NCBI RefSeq assembly: GCF_964204645.1
Contig: NC_134034.1
Coordinates: 5,864,914-5,928,913 of the forward strand
Reading direction: 5' to 3'
DNA from: Tubulanus polymorphus
Lineage: Eukaryota > Animalia > Nemertea
Length of the DNA: 64,000 nt
Shown: piece by piece, positions 13,701 through 25,500 of the stretch
How the letters are laid out: the number at the start of each line of letters is the position of its first letter
Numbering within the stretch: the first letter of the stretch is position 1
The notes under the pieces: model-generated
What the model saw: only the letters and a program-made list of their open reading frames with translations
Databases searched by the model: none
Told to the model about the DNA's origin: nothing
Translations under genes and position numbers: made by a program

Positions 13701-14749
13701 TATAAAATATAATAACGGGTTTTAACGGGTTTTTTTTTAACAGCAATAACGGGTTTTCTGACTAGTTGGTTGAAATGTCGTACTTAGATTCGGACGAAGT
13801 CAGTATTAAATCAGTAAATAAACGACGGTTTTTTATAGGAGCGCTATCTAGAGATCAACACTAACACGATATAGCGATCAATGTGCTTTGTGATCAATGT
13901 GTCAAAATAGGATAAAGAAGATGTAGTGTTAGATATCATTTGGCAATTGTCAGATTGTTTGGTGGTAACAATCGATCAAAGCATCTTCAACATTTCCCAT
14001 TCAAAACCTCTGCATAAGTGCTGATTTTGCCGAACTGGACACAACCGAACTGGACATCCTGATTCCGATTTGGCTGTAGAAAAGGTTAAGGGTACAGACA
14101 TACATAACTAACTATTATGACCATACATAAAAGCGTATCGAAAACTTTAAGAAGACAAATTATAAAATTTTATTTGATTTGAAATAGTGATCATAGAACA
14201 GAATAATAGGATTGTCAAACATGTTCAATAAATATGTCCAATCCGACAGTTTCAATTCAATTCAATATTTATTTCACGGAAAAGCAGAACAATCAAATCC
14301 TAAGAAAGCTAAACATATTTAAAAAAGAACGAGAAAATAAAAAAAATTTACAAATGTTATAGCGCGCTTTTCAATGTGGGCCTTGCAAAGCCTTAAAGGC
14401 CTCTAACGCAGGCACCCAATGAAAGAGAGAGAATAAAGAAGAAGACAGAGAGAAAAAAGGAACAGATGAGCTCGTGCTTGAGAGAATTTATAAGTACAGT
14501 AGAATGGTTTAGGGAATACTTGTATTGTTATAATAATGAGAAGCTAAGTTGATGTAATGGCAAATTTGGAGCAATTGTAACAGGTTGGTTTGTTGCAGAT
14601 TATGTTCGTATTGTATTTGGAGGTGAGATGTGACTTTAGATGGCGTTTAAGAGTATGTTTATTCATGTGCAGCATTTGCATTGAGAAGGGAAGGTTTTCC
14701 CAAATTGAGAAAATTTTTGAGAAAGATTTAGTGCTTGTATTTGGTTGAT

Positions 14750-17696
14750 TTAGAGGTAGACAATATGTGTGATCATGTAGGTGTTGATAGTGGGAGAAAG
14801 GTTTTCAATGGTAAAGATGTTTTTGAAATGATGTGGTGACGATAGTAAAGTTTGATGGATGAATATGGTGGTTTTTTGTATGAGGATGTAGTTTATTTTG
14901 AGAATGTTTAACTTTTTGAAGAGAGGATCAGAGTGGGCGGTATAATTTGATTTGGTTATGATTCTGACAATTTTCTTCTGGACGAGTTGGCATTTGTTGT
15001 TGTGTTGCGAGTGACCCCATGCTAGTAGCCCGTAGGTTAGGTGAGGATATATGAGGGTATAGTAAAGTGTAACAAGGTGTTGATAGTCGAGTATGTTCTT
15101 GGTTTTGTTTATTATTCCAGTGATCCGAGAGATTTTTTTGTGTATTTTTTCGATGTGTGATTTCCAATTGAGATTTTCGTGTATCGTTAGACCTAGGAAG
15201 TCTGTTTGCTTTACTCGTTCTATAACGGTATCGCCTAATTTGATGTGAAAATTGTGATGCAAGTACGGTTTTCTTTGGTAGTTATGAAATATAATGTATT
15301 TAGTTTTTGTATGATTAGGTGTTAATCTGTTGGCTAGAAGCCAGTCATTTAATTTTAAGAGATCAGTATTTACATTTTGTGCGGGAGTGTTGAGGTTCTT
15401 ATGAGATGAGATGCAATTTGTGTCGTCTGCAAATAGAATGTAGTTTAAATGGTCAGTACAGCGGTAGATGTCATTGATGTATACGAGGAATAAGAGTGGG
15501 CCAAGGATGGAGCCTTGGGGGATGTGAAGAGTGTTGAAGGGGTTGAAGAATTAAATGAAACGTAGTGTTGCCTGTCAGAAAGATAAGAGGAAAACCAATT
15601 TAAGGCTGTTCCTCGAATACCGTAATGTTCAAGCTTTTTGAGTAGAATTTTGTGGTTCAGGGTGTCGAAAGCTTTGGAGAGGTCTAAAAAAATACCAATG
15701 GTCCAATTGTGGTTATCTAAGGAATTAGTAATTCTGTCGATAAGTTCAAGAATGGCATGTTCCGTAGAGTGGTTTGGTCGAAACCATGTTGATTTGGGAA
15801 TATTTGTTTTTCAATGAATTTTGAGAGTTTTTGGTGAACGAGTTTTTCGTATATTTTTGATATTGAGTTGAGTAGCGATATTGGTCGATAGTTATTAACT
15901 AGATCCTTCTCATCCTTTTTGTGTAGGGGAATTATTTTGGCTGTTTTAAGATGATTTGGAAAAACCCCTGTTTTGAGAGATTGATTGATAAGGTGTGTGA
16001 GAGGACAAGAGATATAGTTAATGATTTGTTTTAATGTATGCGTTGAAATGTTATCTTGGCCAGATGAGTGTTTTTGTTTAAGATTCCTTACAACATCTAT
16101 GACATCTTGTTCACAAACTGGTGAGAGGAAGAAATTTGAATTAGATTTGGGCACTTTATTTAGGTAAAAGTCTGATGAAAACTGGGGCTTAGGTAAATTG
16201 TTAGCCAAGGTTTCGTCAATTTTGTTGAAGTGACTGTTGACAGAGTTAGCGATTACTGCTGGGTCGTCTGTATCAGTGTTATTGATTTTGAATGAGTGTG
16301 TGATGTCTTGCTTGTTGTTTGTTTTGTTGATTATTTCTTTTAAGATTTTCCATGTGTTTTTGATGTTACCTTTGCAGATTCTAAAGATTTTTGATAGTGC
16401 TGTTTTTTTGCTGCTCTGATAATAGAGTTAAGTTTATTTTTATAGATTTTAAAGTTGTTCTTTTCAACTATTTGAAGAGTAGGGTTTTTTATCGAGAGTA
16501 AATGTTTATATTTTTTGTCTTTGTTGTATATTGATTGAATTATACCTTTCGTTATCCAAGGATTTTTGGGTGTGTTTATTTATTGTGTTTGAATTTCTTG
16601 GTTATTGTTTCAGATCCAATAATATGATTAATAGTCGAAGAGAAAGATTCAAAGGTATCGTTAATTGGGGTGTCATCATCGTAAAGGAGTGCTTGGAAAT
16701 TAGTTGTTCTTAGTTTTTCACAAATGTTTTTCATTCCTTGTTCGTTGATTATCTGTTTTGTGTTGGAGGTCTTGCTATTATTTGTTTGTTTTTTGGATAG
16801 ACTGCAAGCGAATGTGAAAAAATGATCTGAGAGTGGTGTAGTTAAGATACCCGAGTGATAGTTGTTGTGTGAATTGGTGAAGATATTGTCTATTAGAGTG
16901 GCACTTCGATGAGTTACCCTAGTTGGTAACGTGATAAGAGGAGTCAATGAGTTTGTGGTCATAATTTCAAAAAATCAGGAACTTTGTGGATTTTGAGTTG
17001 ATTTGATAAGATCGATGTTAAAGTCATCACAAATAAGTATTTCTGAGTTGATGGATTTTAATTTGGCAATTTCATTTTCAAAAGCCTGAAGAAATTAAGT
17101 GTATTTGATGCTGGCGGCTTGAAAATAATTCCTATTATTTTTTGTTTGTGCTTTTCATTATGTTTCCATATTTTGATGAATTTCCATTGAAAGTGTGTGT
17201 TTTGGTCTGTTGTTGGTTTGTTAATGAGTGTGCATTCTTTATACTGAAAGTTTTTTGAAAGGAATAGTCCTATCCCAACTCCATGGGAGTCTCTGCAATC
17301 TGATATGAAGTTGTAGTTTTGAAGATTTATTAGTATTTCTGTTGTGGAGTTTAGTTTAGTCTCTTGTATGGCTATTGCATCAAAAAGTATTTCATTTTTG
17401 GTTTCAAGTATATTTAAGAGATTTTGAAGTTCGTTTAGTTTGCCTAGAATACCATTACAGTTCCAGCTAAGGATATTGAAGTCGGAATCATTAAGATAGG
17501 ATAGATTCAAAGATTCAAGGTCGTAGTGAGGTGAACTATTTAGATTTAGAGATAGATTTTGATGCTGATCGTTGAGAAGCGAAGTTAGGTTTAATTCTGT
17601 ATTGTTATATTGGTGATTGTTTAAGATTTGAGCTCTAAGGTGGTTGAGTTTGTTTTGAGTGGAGACCATAACAAAGGTGCAGACGATAATTAACAC
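14750..17696 (-). pseudogene. LINE ORF2 (AP endonuclease plus reverse transcriptase), broken into several frames
   Basis: ORFs 17058-17696, 16576-16962, 15717-16208 and 14750-15262 are collinear pieces. Confidence 0.9.
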
Positions 17697-18195
17697 GCAC
17701 TAATAATAAACACTAGGTTTAATTATGATTATGTCGCCGACTCTCGACTCACAGAGTGAGGAGGTGTCATATTAATGAGAAGGCAAATTTGGTATGTGGC
17801 AGGTGAATGGGTAATTAGTGATTAGTGGATTAAATTTGGAATCAATTATTTGAGATGAAGGATGAGTAGAGTTTGTAAAGTAAGTAGAGTAAAGAATAAA
17901 AGTGAAATATTGAATAGAGAGATTGTATATAGGATAGAATGAAGATAGTTTGTACGTATATGCGCAAGTAAAAAGAGTAGATATCAAACCAGAAATATGC
18001 ACAGAATATGCACAGAAAACACAGTCCAGTTGAAGTAGTATTAGTCCAGTTGAAGTAGTATCACAGTTCAAAAATTAAAATCTAAAAGTTCGTTGATTAG
18101 TCCGAGAGATGATTTATCCAAGTAATTGTAGCAACAGCGATTTTAGTTTATGGGTTGATCCAGCGTTGTCCATACGTCGAGTAGTTGAGAATCTC

Positions 18196-18876
18196 CTAGA
18201 AGAGGGTGGGTTCAGTGCTGCTTTCCAAGTTAATGCTACTTTGTAGATACTGTCTTTTTTTTACATGTTTATTGTCGTATAGTTCATCCTTGGTAACATG
18301 ATGTCTGTAGAATTGATAATTGTTCGATTTAGTTAAAGATTCTAGCCCCTGGTTTATACTGGCGACCTCTTCTTCGGATTTGTCGTTCCTCGGTAGGATA
18401 GACGCAATTTTGATTTTAGCCTCGGGCCAGGTTTTCTTAACTGCTTCTACGGATTTTTTAAGTTCTTGTACTACTTTCGCTTCAGTTTTCGTATCCCAGT
18501 CGTTCGTTCCACAGTTTATCAGTATCGAATCTGGATTGCATGGTTTTTCTTCGTTTCGTTGTGCAACGATGTTCTTTACCTCTGAGAGGGTCGGACACGG
18601 ATATATGATCGTTTTACGATTATTTTCAGAAAGTCCAGAAGGTGACACATATTTTCGGTTGCTGTCCGCGATAACTATACCGGTAACATTTCGTGGTTGG
18701 TCTTGGGTGTCCGTGATTGTGCGATTTGTCGTCGTTGTAGTTGGTTCTGTAGTTTTCGATTCCAGAGTTGTGATTCTTTGAACTAATCCATCGATGATAT
18801 TTTCGAGTTTTTCGATTTTGTTGTACAGTTCTAAATTGGTTTCACGAAGATCGTTGATTTCGTTTTTTGCTGCCAT
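18196..18876 (-). CDS. LINE ORF1p: coiled coil plus SGNH/GDSL esterase domain
   Basis: 226-aa open ORF with heptad N-terminus, IADSN (block I), INCGTND (block III) and YDNKH (DxxH). Confidence 0.85.
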   Translation of the reverse strand: MAAKNEINDLRETNLELYNKIEKLENIIDGLVQRITTLESKTTEPTTTTTNRTITDTQDQPRNVTGIVIADSNRKYVSPSGLSENNRKTIIYPCPTLSEVKNIVAQRNEEKPCNPDSILINCGTNDWDTKTEAKVVQELKKSVEAVKKTWPEAKIKIASILPRNDKSEEEVASINQGLESLTKSNNYQFYRHHVTKDELYDNKHVKKRQYLQSSINLESSTEPTLF

Positions 18877-19572
18877 TGTTGAATTTTATGATACAAGCTT
18901 TCTGTGAGGTTTTGGAGAGCGCGCGAGAATGCGTGTTAATCGCTTGCTGTCATTCAGTCAATCAGCCATTACTGAGAAATATTAATTTTAAATCTTAAAT
19001 CACTAGAAATGTATTTTGAGCACTGCTCATTAGACCGGCACTCATTCATGCGCATAGGCAGCTAGCGTCTTTCAGTTCAGAACCGGTTCATCGTACGTAA
19101 AACTGCTGCTTTTACCCTCTTCAAAAGTTATGAACTAGATAGTATGACATTCAAATCAGCAAGGCATCTTGCTCGCTGCTTGGCAGGTATATTTTAATTA
19201 AATCTTGTGCCACAGGTTTGCATTTCATGTTTAAGTTCAATATTTTTTGGCAAAAACAATCACATTCAATCCAATTCATTCAGTGTATTTCTCAAGTATT
19301 TATAGCTGTAACCACAATAGTAGCTGCAGGCTGGTTGTAGTTTCCTTGGTGCGCTTGACAAAATAAAGCAATTTGGAATGGATACCTGCATATAAATATT
19401 ACAAAGTTTTGATCTCATGAAAGGCTTTCTATACCCAAACATTAACCTAAGACTACAATTAAATGTATTTGCAGTGTTGATGAGTGTCTTCCATTTATGC
19501 ATCACTATGTATATGATGAAATCTGACATACTTGCAAAAGAAAGTTATCTTACAATTTTGTTCTATTTTTAG

Positions 19573-22500
19573 TGAAACATACATCAGCCAGTTTGTGTCT
19601 TAATGAGGTGAGACTCCAGTCCTAGCGGTCTTTAAATGCAAGTGTATTTTGTTTAAATGAACACTGCAATGAAAATTGGTAAATGATGGCACTTGCTCGT
19701 GGTTTGTTGGTTCTTATATGTACCTTTTTGTTTTTTCTCTAGTCATATGATCCGGATGTAAGGTAAAAGGAAGCAATCTAATTTGACCAAAAAACTGTTA
19801 TGGATGTATACGGTTGTATTCCATTCATAGAAACACATGTTCCTACATATTTTCAGGACTGATATGGAGATGATGCTGGATAGGCTGGCACCAGAAGTAT
19901 GTAATGAAATCTCAAAACATCACAACTTTCTTACACTGCATATTGACCCAAAAGGCATAATTTGAAACAATGATTTCTCTAAAATCCCTCAAAGTATAAA
20001 TGACCTTTGACTGCCAACTTTCTGAATCACAATACACTAAAACATTCTGTGAATACTAGGGTTAAGTGATGGGAAAATTCTTTTGTCAAAAATTGTTAGT
20101 TTAGATTTATTCTAAATGAATCATTAATATTTCTAAGTCAAAACAAGAAAATGATACCAAATACTTAGTTCTTTGTCCTGTATATTCCCGTACCACAATT
20201 TCTATTTTACTTTTCATTTTAGAATGCACCTTACCAACATACAGCAGAAGGTGCTGATGATATGGTAAGGGGAACACCTTTCTGTTTATATACTTCTATA
20301 TGGTAATGTTTAAATAGACTTCAGTTTGAGATATAAGATAGCTGCCTATACATAAACTTTATGCATATGTATATGGAGCTGCCTATACAGCTATTGATTC
20401 GAGTCCTTGAAAGTACTGATCGGATCTGTTTCACAGGAGTAAGTGGGTAAAGTTCCACACACCGTCATGACGTCCATGTCTTTTGAGGCCAATCCTGTGA
20501 TAATAGATATAGGATGACAAATGAGTTTCGATTATTTGACCACTTCATTTATAACTAATATTACCACCGGTACACATCCGCTCTTTTTGGCTGGTAATAA
20601 TGTTATTTATGGTTCAATGGAAAATGGTTGGATTCAAGATCAACTCATTGATATTGGAAGTTTATTATATCGAATGAATATCGAATATAATATGAATAGG
20701 TTTGAGTGAACAATTGTGGTTAGTTGGTGTTGTTATGTTAGCTAACGATATAGTACTGTAGTACAAGTATTTACGATGCCTGACATTAAGGTGTTTGATG
20801 AGTGTGGAAAATCTAAAATCTTGAACAATCAGCAATGAAGATAATGCTTAACTAATGCTGTATGAATGCCGATATGCCATCTCTGTTATCTAGAATCTGC
20901 GTGGTTTTAAGTATTTAGTACCCGCTTACAAATATATTTAATTTGTTTGCAGCCAGCACATGTAAAGAATGCTTTGCTCGGTTCAAGTGTCACGATACCT
21001 ATTAAAAATGGACAGCTAGTTACTGGTACATGGCAATCGTTGTGGTTTTGCGAACACAGGCGTTCAAAGCGTGAGTTGTTTCTGCAACAGACTAGTTGAA
21101 AAAAAAAATTTCAAATTTCATACTGGGGAATGAACGCAGCAAGAGAAATGTCACGTTGTCACTGATTGGTTGTTATTGCAAATTTGGTATTCGTTGTTTA
21201 GCTTCTCTGAAATCCTATGGTTTCATTCGAAATCTTTCTTGTTTTCTGAAAACAACAAGATGAAGTTAAAAATCTCCTTTGTTAAGTTAAACAAAGTATC
21301 TAACGTTTGGCAATGCTCATTCGCTGGAGAAAAAGCGCTAACATTTTTTGTAATTTCGAGGGTTTGGTGCAACATGGTGATAAGTGCTTATTTCACACTT
21401 TCGAGAAAAATGAATTTAAAGATTTGATGAAGATTCACAGAGTCCATATACCGGTATGAGATACAATTCCAATTGAATTAAAAATAATACAACACCATCT
21501 TATGAATACTTATACAGAATTTTATTAATATTAATCTACAACTAATTAGTAAAATATTAATTAATGTACTTAACACCTTGTTGCGTACAAACATTTTTTT
21601 ATTGAATTCTCCGCGATATGGTGACAAGTGACAGTTATAACCATGTTGCATGAAACATACAACTTCCTAATTTATGTACAAACGGTTTAAGTGACACTTA
21701 ACACCTTTGGAAATGAACATTTATGACTTCACTAAAATATATAAAAAAGCATTAAAATGATTAACTAACTACAAGTATCTCCACCACAATTCAACGCAAT
21801 TATGTCCTAAATCATATGATTTTTATATGTCAAATATCTTATATCTAAAGTTTCTTTTCACCTGACACCATGTACTGTCAATTCATCAGTCATCGATGTC
21901 ACTGTCTGGGTCATCAGAGACACTACCCGTGGGAAGTTTTGAGAAGTAATCGTGGTACTCCTCAGGAACGATTTCCTTCTCACAAAGCTTAATAAGGTCC
22001 TTTTTCTTTGCGCTAGAAATTGGCAGTTTTACGCTGTAGCCTGGCTGTAAGCAATAGTTCGAAATACTTTTCGCCCTAGTACCAGGTTGCACTTTAATCT
22101 CAATCAGTTTTGGATCGAAATCGTATCCCACGAACAGACTACAAGCCGATTCTCTTCTTACTTGTATCCATTTAATTTGAAGCCAATGAACCTTTTCTTT
22201 TTGTGTGCCAATTTTGGTGTTTCTTATACAGGATTTCACAAAATCTTTGAAGTCAAATACATCCGTGTATTTCATTGGTATGACAATATACGGTCGAACT
22301 TTCCTGGCATATGTGATGACTGTGCTCCATTGAGAAGGAAACACCTCAGTCCTTGCCTTTGCCTTCTCAATAGCCGAATGCATACTGTTCTAAATCGACG
22401 AAACGAATCCTCGAAAATCTATTGAACACGAAAGCACAGCTACATTTCAAACTCAGCGTGTTTATTTTAGCAACTAACGATGCTGCACTATGCCATATAA

Positions 22501-25500
22501 TGCCGGTTTGCTACAAATATGAAAATATATATATAAGTAATCAATTCAATTTATGCAAAGAAAACTAACCCACAGCAAATCTAAAAATTCGTTACTTACA
22601 ATTACTGTAGCTCCTCGAGCAAGTTTCTACGAAAATGACCAATGCTCAACTGTGAGATATTCAATATATACTGTATATATAATGTACTAGACTTAGTAAC
22701 AACAAAGCATGGAGAGGTTCAATGAAGGGTTACAAATCCTACAGTACTAAAGCTAAACTCGACTACAATAAAATTCTATAGCAGCAAACCGGACTTCAAT
22801 TTACAACACAGCACCTCCTAAACATCCGTATCAGACGGTGTTTGAAAATATAACGATATCATATTACAAAGATTACATGATTACTTCAAATACATATTAT
22901 TGTCGTATCAAATATAAGTAATTATCTCGCACATACAAATACAAATTTAATCAAGATAATTATACAATACTCTCTTCCAATACGCAAAGCTTAACTACTG
23001 GTCGAACATATTCTGACGAAGAGGTTTTTACTTTTACCGAACGAATTCGTCCATCATTAGGACTAGGATAAACTTCAATAATACGACCCAATGGCCATTG
23101 ACCACGAGGAATGTCTTTGTCTTTGATTAACACTAAGTCACCTAATTTGACATTTTCTGTATTTTCTAGCCACTTGCTTCTCATGGTTAAGGGTGGCAAA
23201 TACTCTTTCAGCCAGCGACGCCAAAAGTGGTCTGCCAGAACCTGGGACTGACGCCATCTTTTTCTACTGTTGATTTCACGCTCATGAAATACTCCAAGGG
23301 CCACGACAGAACTAGCACCCCCGTGTAAAAAGTGGTTTGGTGTAATGGGTGTAAAATCTGCAGGATCCACGCTATTATAAGTTAAAGGTCGACTATTAAC
23401 AGATGCTTCCACCTCTATAAGCGTTGTTCGCAGCACGTTTTCAGGAAATGATTGTCCTTTAAGGACTGATTTGATAGCCGCCTTTACCGTTCGAACCAAT
23501 CTCTCCCAAACCCCACCAAAATGGGGGGCACAGGGACTATTAAAGGTCCATTTAATACCCTTTTCATGACAAAAATTAGAAATACGAGATTGATTTAATT
23601 GTGTTAAACATTCTCTTAACTCTCTCTCAGCTCCAACAAAGTTGGAACCATTGTCACTATAAATATGACTCGGCTGACCACGTCGCCCAATGAAATTCCT
23701 CAGAATTAGTAAAAATGTGTCAGTTTCCATTGAGTCAGCTACTTCCAAATGTACTGCACGAGTTACTAAACACGTGAATAAGCAAACCCATACTTTGATT
23801 GTAGAACGCCCTCTTTTGATGAATAAAGGGCCAAAATAGTCTACCCCACTAAATTGAAAGGGTCTGCAATGACTAGTAATTCTATGTGCGGGTAAATCCG
23901 ACATAAAAGGAACTCTAGGCTTAGCTAATCGACGACGACAACTGAAGCACCGCGAAATCGCACGCTTTGCGACAGATCTAGCTTTAATTGGCCAGTACTT
24001 TTGACGAACTAATGAAATCAAGTGCTCTGGACCAGCATGGAAATGAATAAGGTGTTCTTTTCGTACAAGAAGCTCCGTGATATGATGAGAGAAAGGGAGA
24101 AGCAACTGATGGCGCGCCTCTACGGAAACATTTGGAGCATTGTGAATCCTTCCACCTACTCTGATACAGGAGCCATCAAAAACTGGATCAAGACAGCGCA
24201 AAGAACTATGATCCTTTAACTTCCCCTTTTTAAGGAAAGAGAACTCCTCTGGGAATGAGTCACGTTGGGCTTGAGAAACTAAGCATGTTTCCGCAAAATC
24301 AAAATCTTCCACTGTCAAAGTTTTTGCTTTTACAGCTGTATATCCCAAACGTGGAACGTGTAATTCCTGATAGCCCTTAAAATCCAAGCTGTTCTGCGTA
24401 ACAAAGGGTTCCAACGAGAATAATCCTCCGGCTGTACAAGACCCGTTAAGTCAATGACTGGCTCAGCCTGAGGAAATGCTAAGACTTTATTCACTAGCTT
24501 AGTTTTCTTGAGATTTTCATCTATATCTGAAATGATACCTAGATCAGGCTGAGACGGCCATTGCTTTTCAGGAACACGGAGAAATTCTGGACCTGCAAAC
24601 CAACGATGCGAAAAAGTCAGATCAGAAGCTAAAAGCCCCCTTGAGCAATCGTCAGCAGGATTCGACTCGGATGCAATATACATCCACTGATTAACCGATG
24701 ATATTTCACGAATTTCCCCCACTCTATTGGCTACAAAAATCTTGAATCTTTTTTTTTCATTACGAATATATCGTAAAACAGTTTGTGAGTCAGTCCAATA
24801 AGAGACTTCAATGTCACAAATTTCTGACAGTTCTCGCTTCAAAACCTCACCCAAACGAACCGACATAACTGCACCTTGCAGCTCCAATTTCGGCATGGTT
24901 AAAGGATGTTTTGTAGGAGCTAAGTGAGTTTTTGAAGCGAGAAAGGTAGTTTGAAATGAACTATCAATCAAATAACGCAAATATGCTACACTACCAAATG
25001 CCCTCTCGGACGCGTCACTAAACAAATGCAACTGTACATTACTAACAGAAGGAGAAAACAACTCATGGTGACGAGGAATTTTCAGCTCATGCAACAACTT
25101 CAACTCATTTTGCCATTCATCCCAGGTTACCAATAAGTCCCCAGAAATATCTTCATCCCATTCGAACCCAGACCGCCATATATCTTGAATCAAACACTTG
25201 GCCCTAAGTATGAATGGTGATAGGAAACCTAATGGATCAAAAATGGATGAGACAGCGCTTATGATACCTCGTTTAGTAAGTTTAACATCTTTGATAACAG
25301 GTTTAAATACAAAGGAATCATTCTGAGCGTTCCATTTCACACCTAAAGTCCGTTCTACTGATAAGTCACCTAAGTCTAGGTCTAACGAAGGGTTAGCAAG
25401 TTCTTCAGGGTGAATTTGGGATAGGACCCATTTACTTGATGACATCCACTTTGTGAGATGGAAACCTCCTTTAGCAAGAATATCTTTTACCTCATAAGCT

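Larger units (their letters stand above)
14250..18950 (-). mobile_element. Near full-length CR1/L2-group LINE (esterase ORF1 plus EN-RT ORF2), frameshifted
   Basis: (TTGAA)n tail and AATAAA at 14250-14275. ORF2 fragments: SWNCNG..IAIQET (EN), [62 protein letters not shown]1 at 18196-18876. Confidence 0.92.
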
